Assembly (NCBI GenBank): GCA_027592785.1
Contig: JAQCLD010000009.1
Location: forward strand, 49 to 64,048
Direction of reading: 5' to 3'
DNA from: Acidobacteriota bacterium
GTDB lineage: Bacteria; Acidobacteriota; Terriglobia; Bryobacterales; UBA6623
Length of the DNA: 64,000 nucleotides
The notes below the pieces were generated by a model. The model was not told the DNA's origin. It searched no databases and saw only the letters and a program-made list of their open reading frames with translations. Every line of letters begins with the position of its first letter. Positions within the stretch are counted from its first letter, which is position 1. The position numbers and the translations under genes were made by a program. This document shows, in pieces, positions 28,938 to 36,442 of this stretch.

Positions 28938-30398
28938 CTAGTCGTCCGCGTCAGGGGCGCCTGACCGCGCTTGGGTCATTTGAACGCCGTCGAGGCCCAT
29001 GGCTTCAATTTCGGAGAAATAGATCTTGCGCTCTTGATCCATCGCCAGGTTTGAGAGCATGACCGCGACGGAGTCCTGCAGACCGACTTCGATGTCGGAG
29101 TTGGGCTTGGCGCCGGTCAGCACGCAGTCGAGGAAGCTTTCGAGTTCCTTGTACTCTTCGTGGACAGCCGCGGTCGGCGAGAGGATGCCTTTGCGGTACA
29201 TCCAACGCTTGGCGTACTCGACTTCTTTGGCGATGAAGCCGACTTCGCCTGACTCGGCGTCGACTTCGTTGGGGATGATCGCGAGGCCTTCGCCTTGCTC
29301 CATGGTGTCGGAAGCGACGGTGGCGCCGGCTGTCCAGGTTTCGCCGCCCTGCTCGTCGTCGCCCATATGCAGCGGCATGCGGTCGAGATAGAGCATGCCG
29401 TCGCCGTTGGGTATGAGGCTAATCTCGATGGCGCCGTCGGTGCCGAGGATGAGTTCGCGGCAACCGTCGCCGGGGCCACGGCGGCCCTGCACGTGGCGAT
29501 TGGTGGTGATGGAGCTGTACTGCAACTTCTCGCCGCCGGGGTACTCGAAGATGAGTTGGACGTTGTCGAAGACTGTTCGTCCATCCTTCCAATAATCGAT
29601 GCCGCCGACGCCCATCACGCTTTGGGGCCGCGAACCGATGAACCAGTCAGCGACGTCGACTTGATGCGACATCAGCTCGGCGCAGAGACCGCCCGAGTAT
29701 TGGCGGTACATGCGCCAGTTGATCTGCTCTTCCATCTCGGGCGTAGCGGTGCGGCGCCAGTTGCCGTTGCGGTGCCACTGGGCCTGGACGTGCGTGATCT
29801 TGCCGATGGCGCCGTCGTCGATGAGCTTCTTGGCCGCGTGGTAGAACTCGCTATAGCGGCGTTGCAGGCCGACTTGGATGACCTGATCAGGGTGCTCCTC
29901 GTGCAAAGCACGGAGACCGTGAACTTCAGCCGGGGTGAAGACCAGCGACTTTTCGCAGAAGACATGCTTGCCCGCTTCAAGGGCCGCTTTCATGATCGGG
30001 TAGTGCATGAAGAGCGGAACGGTGATGAAGACGGCCTCGACGTTGGGGTCCGCCAGTAAGGCGTTGTAGTCTGTGTAGGGCTTCGGCGGCGTGCCGTCGG
30101 GCTTGCCGCGGAAGATGTCCATGGCCTTGTCGAGGTTGGGCTGATAGATGTCGCAGATGGCGACGCACTCGCCGGTGGGAATATGCTGCAGGTGACGTTC
30201 GAGCAGGCGCCCGCCGCGGCTGCCGGGTCCGATGAAGCCGTACTGTACCTTTTCGCCGGCGGCTTTGGCCCTCTTAACCAGTGGTCCGGTGGTAACCGCG
30301 GCGGCAGCGGCAGTGACCACGGCAGCTGTCTTGACGAAGCTGCGGCGATTGAGTTCAGGCTGAGCGGCGGCGGTCGGGTTGCTGTTATCAGTCGGCAT
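28938..30398 (-). CDS. Gfo/Idh/MocA family oxidoreductase with Tat signal (GH109-like architecture)
   Basis: 486 aa. RRSFVKTAAVVTAAAAAV twin-arginine signal. Rossmann block VQYGFIGPGSRGG, and EKSL motif in HVFCEKSLVF. Confidence 0.8.
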   Translation of the reverse strand: MPTDNSNPTAAAQPELNRRSFVKTAAVVTAAAAAVTTGPLVKRAKAAGEKVQYGFIGPGSRGGRLLERHLQHIPTGECVAICDIYQPNLDKAMDIFRGKPDGTPPKPYTDYNALLADPNVEAVFITVPLFMHYPIMKAALEAGKHVFCEKSLVFTPAEVHGLRALHEEHPDQVIQVGLQRRYSEFYHAAKKLIDDGAIGKITHVQAQWHRNGNWRRTATPEMEEQINWRMYRQYSGGLCAELMSHQVDVADWFIGSRPQSVMGVGGIDYWKDGRTVFDNVQLIFEYPGGEKLQYSSITTNRHVQGRRGPGDGCRELILGTDGAIEISLIPNGDGMLYLDRMPLHMGDDEQGGETWTAGATVASDTMEQGEGLAIIPNEVDAESGEVGFIAKEVEYAKRWMYRKGILSPTAAVHEEYKELESFLDCVLTGAKPNSDIEVGLQDSVAVMLSNLAMDQERKIYFSEIEAMGLDGVQMTQARSGAPDADD

Positions 30399-30533
30399 AA
30401 CGTCCTCGTAAGCTACTGCACTATAGAGAGATACCCACGTATTCTAGGCGAGGGTTGGGCTCGCTGACAACCGCTTTCGATTGGCTAGCCAGAAGCGGAA
30501 GCCGATGAGTCGCGCCGCTGCCAACAACTCCGG

Positions 30534-31088
30534 CTAATGCCGCCCGCGCAGGAACAGTCCGCCTAAAAGAAATCCGGCGGTGAACACGCCTATAACCAAG
30601 CGGTAGTCCGTAAAGGGGACGAAGCGCGTTCCGGCCTGCGTGATTTCGAGCGCGCCGGCGGGGAAAGCGCGCACGCCGCCTCCTCCTCCGCCGCCGTCCG
30701 GCGCTTCGCCGGGACCTTGGTTGCGTTTACTAGGCTTCGGGCCTCCGCCTGCGCCGAAGCCATAAGCGACCTTCGCCACCGGAATAATCGTCTTGCCCTC
30801 CGCGTGAATGGGTTCACCGAAGACCGAACGGACAGTCGCGGTCGAGGCGAGCGATTCTCCGATCTTGCCGAGCATTTCTGTGGCGTTCATGAAATCCTCC
30901 TTTCCCATGTAGTAGCAATCTTGTTGCCACAACAACTCGGATGTAAAGGGCATGGTCGACGGCAAGGAAAGGAATCCAGCCAACAGCGCCAGCAGCACTC
31001 CAGCACCGACTCCAAGGCATCCGGCAGCGGGTTGGCTGGCAAATTTTCGGCTGGCTAGACTACTGGACTGCAGGTGCCGTGGCGCCAC
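30534..31088 (-). CDS. GerW/YtfJ family protein; long form (GTG 31088) carries an N-terminal TM segment, short form starts at ATG 30890
   Basis: GerW-like core VRSVFGEPIHAEGKTIIPVAKVAYGFGAGGG...GGGGGGGVRAFPAGALEITQ. Strong SD AAGGAGGA 4 nt upstream of ATG 30890. The upstream in-frame segment encodes a conserved TM motif (see findings). Confidence 0.75.
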   Translation of the reverse strand: MAPRHLQSSSLASRKFASQPAAGCLGVGAGVLLALLAGFLSLPSTMPFTSELLWQQDCYYMGKEDFMNATEMLGKIGESLASTATVRSVFGEPIHAEGKTIIPVAKVAYGFGAGGGPKPSKRNQGPGEAPDGGGGGGGVRAFPAGALEITQAGTRFVPFTDYRLVIGVFTAGFLLGGLFLRGRH

Positions 31089-32637
31089 GAGAGTTCGTCA
31101 CAGTTCTCCAAGTCATGCGCAGGCCCGGTACGAGCCGCATCCGGTTCGTTCTCGGCCGCTGGACGTAGAAAACGCCGACTCCGAAGAGCGCGTGCGACAC
31201 GAAGCGATCCGAACTCTCCTGGTAAAGATCCGGTGGCAGCGTTCCGATAGGGTGACTATCCCGCATGTCCGTGTAGACGCCGCTTGTACGGTCCAGGTCG
31301 CGGAAGGTATTGCCGACCCAGGTGATGGGCTCCTGTTGCTGAACGCCCATCGCATTGTTCCCAACTCGATCCAGTTTGAGCGAAACCACGGCGCGGGAGT
31401 CGTCAAAGAGCAGCTCTTGAAACTCGATCCCGACGCCGAAGTAGGACTGGCCGCCTCCGTAGAATTCCAGCCGCCGCAGCCGGCCGCGCAGCAGAGTGCC
31501 TTTCGGGATCGTCGAGCCGTTGTCGAGCCCAATGTTTCGCGTCAGCTTGGCCTCGATGCGATCGCCCACCCTTGAGATGTCGGAGTCGATCAAGGTGGTG
31601 ATCTCAACCGGAAGAGTCGTGCCAAGCGGAACCTCGAAGTTATTCAGGGCCTCGGTTCTCTCCACGTAATAACGCAACGAGTTGTCGTCGAATGACAAGA
31701 CCGAGGAGCCCACGAAAGCCCGGCAGTTCTCGAAACGGGTTTCGCTGACGCTTTCGACGCCGGTGCTCAGCAACATACTAAATCGCGAGCGGTCGACGAC
31801 CAATAACGGTTCCACCGCACCCGGCAGAGGTTGATAGTCGATCTGCGTTGCGAAGCCTACAACGCCAACATCGACCGGAAGATTGTCGACGCGAATCGTG
31901 AGACGCAACAGTTCGCCGCCGTCGGCCGTCGCCCAGAAATTGCCGTAGTAGGGGACGCGCGTGGCGCGGCCTTGGTTGTTGACGCTGTACTCGCTGTCGG
32001 CCAGCGGAACCGTGTAGTTGAAGCGCTGCAGCCGCCGGCCGTCGACGATTTCTTCGCCGGAGTAAACGATACTGCCGACCTCGTCGACAATGATTTTCTT
32101 CGTGTGGCCCGCGAAGACGCCCGTGGCCACCGTACCGTGTCCAATGAGTTGTGCCAGAGGGATGTCCTCGAATCGAGGGCTGTCCGGGAAAGCGTAAAGT
32201 TCCTTGCCGCCGACGAAGGCGGCCTCCAAGGCGATGGAATCGGTCACATCCAAGGGAATATCGAGTTCGAAACTAGCCTGCTCTTCGATGGTCCGGAACG
32301 CATCCTCGGCCGACGGAGCCAGTGGCCCGCCTCGCTGGACTTCCTCCGTCTTACGCTCGATTTGCTCGACGAGTTCGTCGCTGCGGCCCGCGAGCCGCCT
32401 CTCGATTCGCGTACGAACGTCGGATCCAAGATGGGCCCGCCGAACTTCGACACGACAGGTATGGTTCGGGAGTCGCTCTAGACTCTGCCGCACGTGGGCC
32501 TGAATGCGTGCCAATGCTGCCTCAGGCGGCGGCGACTGCGCGGCCAGCGAAGCAATCGACAACACGCCGCATAGCAAAGCGAAGAACCTCGTGGATAGAA
32601 GGCAGATGGGGCCTGCTTTAGCGCAAGATTCTCGCAT
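31060..32637 (-). CDS. hypothetical exported protein (525 aa)
   Basis: Start set at ATG 32637 (MRESCAKAGPICLLSTRFFALLCGVLSIASLAAQ signal peptide). Long uninterrupted ORF. No family recognised. Confidence 0.6.
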   Translation of the reverse strand: MRESCAKAGPICLLSTRFFALLCGVLSIASLAAQSPPPEAALARIQAHVRQSLERLPNHTCRVEVRRAHLGSDVRTRIERRLAGRSDELVEQIERKTEEVQRGGPLAPSAEDAFRTIEEQASFELDIPLDVTDSIALEAAFVGGKELYAFPDSPRFEDIPLAQLIGHGTVATGVFAGHTKKIIVDEVGSIVYSGEEIVDGRRLQRFNYTVPLADSEYSVNNQGRATRVPYYGNFWATADGGELLRLTIRVDNLPVDVGVVGFATQIDYQPLPGAVEPLLVVDRSRFSMLLSTGVESVSETRFENCRAFVGSSVLSFDDNSLRYYVERTEALNNFEVPLGTTLPVEITTLIDSDISRVGDRIEAKLTRNIGLDNGSTIPKGTLLRGRLRRLEFYGGGQSYFGVGIEFQELLFDDSRAVVSLKLDRVGNNAMGVQQQEPITWVGNTFRDLDRTSGVYTDMRDSHPIGTLPPDLYQESSDRFVSHALFGVGVFYVQRPRTNRMRLVPGLRMTWRTVTNSRGATAPAVQ

Positions 32638-32974
32638 AGGGTCTCTCACGGCCGACCTCACGATAGGCGACACGCCACGGCAGGTCAAACCGCACGCCAA
32701 AGGGACACGCACAAACGCGCGTCGTGTCCAACCCTGAACCGGCGCCAATTGCAGAAAGTAACTCTCAGAACATGATGACGGTCCCTCTTGCGGCCCCAAA
32801 GAGTTACAATGCCCCCGTCTTGGTTATTGGCTCTATTCTCAGCCACTGCCGGATCGTCGAGAGCGGCGTGGTCGACAAGGCCGAAGAGGTCACGCTCGAA
32901 GGCGCCCGCCTACTCAACAACGAAGAAGCGAAACGGCACTCGCTCCGTTGCGCCGAGGTCGCCCTGCCGCACCC

Positions 32975-32993
32975 GCCCGCACACTGTGCGGGC
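32975..32993. promoter_or_regulatory. 19-bp perfect palindrome GCCCGCACACTGTGCGGGC upstream of 33027 (candidate operator)
   Basis: 9-bp arms around a central C, ending 33 nt upstream of ATG 33027, inside the 389-bp divergent intergenic region. Confidence 0.3.
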
Positions 32994-33026
32994 CCGGAGA
33001 TTGATTGAGGTCGCCCGCAATTCACC

Positions 33027-34718
33027 ATGCCATTCAAGAACGCTCTAACCAGCTATCGAAATCTGATCGGCAGTGCGCTCACTCTGTTCGTTGTGCTGCT
33101 TGGCGCGACGACCCACCTCGACGCCAAGCCGTTCATTTTCTACCGAGGAGTAGTTCACGCAGCAAGCTTCGCGCCGCCGGGCTCTCCGGCCGGCGTCATA
33201 CCGCAAGGCGGACTTTTCAGCATCTTCGGCAAGGAGATCGGTCCGGCTGAGGCCGCCCAAGTTACGGCCTTCCCGCTGGGTGCTGAGTTGGCCGGAGTCG
33301 GCCTCACGGTCACCCAAGACGACACCGTTGTTGATGCGATTCCAGTGTTTGTCCGTGCCGGTCAGGTCAACGTGATTATGCCCTCGGACGCGCCGCTGGG
33401 TGAGGTCTCGATTCGGGTGACCTTCAACGGCGAGACCAGCAATCCGGTTCGGGTGACGGTCGTGGCTCACGGTCCCGGCATCTTCACCGCCAACCAGTTC
33501 GGCATCGGACCGGGAATTGTGCAGAACTTCATTGCGGCCGACAACCGGCCAACCAACTCGAACCGCGTTACGGCTCAACGGGGCCAACTCGTCACGATTT
33601 GGTTGACTGGGCTTGGGGCGATCGAAGGGGCCGACAACCAGGCGCCGACCGTCGGGACTCTGCCTTACGAAGTCGAGGTCTTTTTTGGCGGGGTCAAGGC
33701 GACCCAGATCGACTATGCAGGGCGAGCGCCCTGCTGCTCCGCCGTCGATCAAGTGAACGCATTGATTCCGCTGGAGACCCCCACCGGCTGCTTTGTGTCG
33801 CTGACGGTTCGCGTCAACGGCGCCGTCAGTAACACTGTCACGATGGCGATCGGCGAAGATCCCGCCGCGTGCGCCGACCCTCACAACCCGTTCTCCGAGA
33901 CGCTGGTCAGCGGCGGCAAGCAAGGCAACGTCGTCTTGCTGCGGCAGGAGTTCCTGGATGAGACGGTCGGGGCGCGGCCCTTCGAGCACACCCTCGACGT
34001 GTTCTCGGCGCAGTTTACCGACTACCCCGGTGGGCCGTTTGCGTTCAACCCCAACAACTCCTTGCCGCCGCCGGGTTCCTGCACCTCCTACACATTCCAA
34101 GGCGACATTCTTGAAGATGCAACAGTAGCTGCAACCGCCTCGGGCGCATTGACGGCGGGCAGCATAGCGGTCACAACTCCGGCGGGCGTGGTCCAGGCGA
34201 CGGCGATTCCTCCGGCGATGACGCTCTATGCCGCGCTGCTTGGTCATACGATCGATATCGTCGACTTTCCTACTGTCCCACTCAAGCTTGAACCGGGCGG
34301 CGCCACGGTTACCGCCAACGGCGGCGACGTCGGGGCGTTCGAGGCGGACGTTACGATCACCGCGCCGGTCACTTGGACCAACCGCGCGGCGCTCGACTCG
34401 ATCAACCGGGCGAACGGCGTCCGCTTCGAGTGGCAAGGCGAAGCGCAGGTCATTTTGGCCGGCATGAGCACCGAAATGGCTTCGAACTCATCCGGCGTTT
34501 TTCTCTGCGTGGCGTCGCCGGGTGCAACTTCGTTCGACGTCCCCGACTACGCGTTGACCAATCTGCCGCGGAGTCGCTTTACCCGCGCACAAACGCGCGC
34601 CTATCTCCTGCTTCTTTCGATGCCGCCCAATCAGCCCACCGAGTTCGAAGCCGACGGCCTGGACTACGGCGGGGCTGTAGTCATCCACGCGCAGATGCTC
34701 GGGACAGTCGTCCGCTAG
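33027..34718 (+). CDS. exported protein with N-terminal Solibacter-type TIGR03437-like domain
   Basis: Has a signal peptide. GVVHAASFAPPGSPAGVIPQGGLFSIFGKEIGP...VFVRAGQVNVIMP...GPGIFTAN...QLVTIWLTGLG...YAGRAPCCSAVDQVNALIP matches the pattern I recall for TIGR03437. Confidence 0.7.
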   Translation: MPFKNALTSYRNLIGSALTLFVVLLGATTHLDAKPFIFYRGVVHAASFAPPGSPAGVIPQGGLFSIFGKEIGPAEAAQVTAFPLGAELAGVGLTVTQDDTVVDAIPVFVRAGQVNVIMPSDAPLGEVSIRVTFNGETSNPVRVTVVAHGPGIFTANQFGIGPGIVQNFIAADNRPTNSNRVTAQRGQLVTIWLTGLGAIEGADNQAPTVGTLPYEVEVFFGGVKATQIDYAGRAPCCSAVDQVNALIPLETPTGCFVSLTVRVNGAVSNTVTMAIGEDPAACADPHNPFSETLVSGGKQGNVVLLRQEFLDETVGARPFEHTLDVFSAQFTDYPGGPFAFNPNNSLPPPGSCTSYTFQGDILEDATVAATASGALTAGSIAVTTPAGVVQATAIPPAMTLYAALLGHTIDIVDFPTVPLKLEPGGATVTANGGDVGAFEADVTITAPVTWTNRAALDSINRANGVRFEWQGEAQVILAGMSTEMASNSSGVFLCVASPGATSFDVPDYALTNLPRSRFTRAQTRAYLLLLSMPPNQPTEFEADGLDYGGAVVIHAQMLGTVVR

Positions 34719-34722
34719 GGGA

Positions 34723-35916
34723 GTGAATGATGCACAAACCAACGAAACCGATCAGCTTCTTGGGCCTGATCAACCGATCAGCTTCTTGGGCCTGATCATT
34801 GGTGCCGTCGCACTCGTACTGCTCTCGTCGAGTTGTGACGACTCGAAGATCAAGGGCGAATTCGACTTTTTTTCCTTAGTTGATATAAGCGATGGATCAC
34901 CGTATGGAAGAACTGGGCGACCACTTGCTTACCTAGTTCCAAACGCCGGACCACAAAGCCCGACCATCGGGACGTCCTACGTTCAAGGTTCACTGGCGAC
35001 CGCTTGGGGCCCGGCGAGAGAGGGCGGCGTGCTTCCTCGCGCCGCAGCGACCAATCACCTCTTCACGATCGGGTTCGGCGGGGGGAGCGTAACTCTGAAG
35101 GAGGAGGACCAGCGGGAGTCGAGCCAGACGGTCCGGAAGCAGGGCGCACCGGGCTCCGACGTTTATTTTGTCGGCGTACCCGAGAACTCCATCACCGTGC
35201 TGGACTCGGAAAGCGGGGACCCAGTCGCCACGATTCCGGTCGGCGAGGACCCGAGATGGATCCAGCTATCGCCCGAGCAGTTCACCGCCTGGGTCACCAA
35301 CTTCGGCTCAGACTCAATCTCCATGATCGACACAGACACGCGGTCCGTGCTGCGAACCATCAACCTCGCGCCCGGCAGCGGCCCCCTGGGGATCGCGCCC
35401 GGCCCGTGGAATGAATGGCTGTACGTCGTAAACTCGACGTCAGATTCGCTGTCGCGCATCTGGATCCCGAACGAATCGGTCATGATGACGGTCGACGCCG
35501 GGGCCGGCGCCACGCATGTCGCCGTGTCGCCGGACGGCGAACTGGCCTATGTGACGAACCAAACCGACGGAACGGTGAGCGTCATCGACACGCTCAGCAT
35601 GGAGTTAGTCACGACGATCGAAGGCATCCCCGGCGCGGCGTCGGTCACGTTTGGCGACCGCGGCAGCAAGGCTTACGTCACCGGATGCACGGACTCCGGA
35701 GAACTCTACTTCATCCAAACCAGCGATCACACCGTTACCGGAAGCATACCGGTCGGGTCCGACCCGGTAAGCGTTCGACTCAGCCCCTACGGCGTTTCTC
35801 TATTCGTCGCCAACCGCGGTTCAGGCACCGTCACGATCGTCGATGTGCGAACCGAGACCGTTCGCGAGACCGTTCAGGTTGGCAATGAGCCGGTTGATGT
35901 TGCGGCGGTGTTGTAA
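34723..35916 (+). CDS. YVTN-family beta-propeller repeat protein; 5' end disrupted by a 26-bp tandem duplication (possible pseudogene or phase variant)
   Basis: Repeats of the type AYVTNQTDGTVSVIDT, LFVANRGSGTVTIVDV, AWVTNFGSDSISMIDT. The ORF is maintained only from GTG 34723. See the repeat feature and finding. Confidence 0.7.
   Translation: MNDAQTNETDQLLGPDQPISFLGLIIGAVALVLLSSSCDDSKIKGEFDFFSLVDISDGSPYGRTGRPLAYLVPNAGPQSPTIGTSYVQGSLATAWGPAREGGVLPRAAATNHLFTIGFGGGSVTLKEEDQRESSQTVRKQGAPGSDVYFVGVPENSITVLDSESGDPVATIPVGEDPRWIQLSPEQFTAWVTNFGSDSISMIDTDTRSVLRTINLAPGSGPLGIAPGPWNEWLYVVNSTSDSLSRIWIPNESVMMTVDAGAGATHVAVSPDGELAYVTNQTDGTVSVIDTLSMELVTTIEGIPGAASVTFGDRGSKAYVTGCTDSGELYFIQTSDHTVTGSIPVGSDPVSVRLSPYGVSLFVANRGSGTVTIVDVRTETVRETVQVGNEPVDVAAVL
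34747..34798 (+). repeat. perfect 2 x 26-bp tandem duplication (ACCGATCAGCTTCTTGGGCCTGATCA)
   Basis: Positions 34747-34772 and 34773-34798 are identical, read directly from the sequence. Confidence 0.95.
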
Positions 35917-35934
35917 TGCTGTGGGCGCAGCATT
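35915..35934. terminator. short hairpin between convergent genes (possible bidirectional terminator)
   Basis: AATGCTG-TGGGCG-CAGCATT, a 7-bp stem and 6-nt loop starting inside the stop codon of the YVTN gene. No clear U-tract. Confidence 0.3.
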
Positions 35935-35941
35935 CGCTTGT

Positions 35942-36346
35942 CTAGGCCGGACCTAGGACAAGTAGGGTCGTCGCCAGTAGGAGCAGCAGCACGCCCACGC
36001 CCACGCCGAGGCAGCCGGCGGCGGGTTGGCTGGCGACGAAGGACTGGGGGGCGTGGGCGAGTTCGGATTCAGAATAGCGGTCGACGGATTCGATTGTGAC
36101 TTTGGCGCCGGCTTCGACGAGCTTGCGGTAGAGGATGTCCGCTTCGGCCGGGGACACGTAGGCCAGCACGGGAGTCGGCGCCTGTTCGACGAGTTCTTTG
36201 GCGTCTTTCAAGCCGATGGCGGCGCACAGCCTGATGGCTTTGATGACTTCGATTTTTCGACTGGGCGGCTCCAGCAAGACGACGACGCGGTCGCCGGCTC
36301 TTGGGCTGGGCGGTTCCGCGCCGGAAGGAGAATCTTCAAAAGGCAT
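35942..36346 (-). CDS. membrane-anchored protein with ribosomal L7/L12 C-terminal-domain homology
   Basis: KIEVIKAIRLCAAIGLKDAKELVEQAPTPVLAYVSPAEADILYRKLVEAGAKVTIE aligns by eye to the E. coli L7/L12 CTD [56 protein letters not shown]. C-terminal TM helix CLGVGVGVLLLLLATTLLVL. Confidence 0.7.
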   Translation of the reverse strand: MPFEDSPSGAEPPSPRAGDRVVVLLEPPSRKIEVIKAIRLCAAIGLKDAKELVEQAPTPVLAYVSPAEADILYRKLVEAGAKVTIESVDRYSESELAHAPQSFVASQPAAGCLGVGVGVLLLLLATTLLVLGPA

Positions 36347-36442
36347 GGCTGCTCCTCGAGAATTGTTCTGTCCTAGCCTAACCTCAAGTCCCGTTTCTGG
36401 TTGCGGTTACGATGGGGGCCGCTTCTACAATGGGGATTCGCC

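Noticed and set aside
32724-33008. 94-aa ORF inside the divergent intergenic region 32638-33026.
   Set aside because: No SD, no recognisable motif, and an odd composition. It overlaps the likely promoter/operator region, so it was treated as non-coding.
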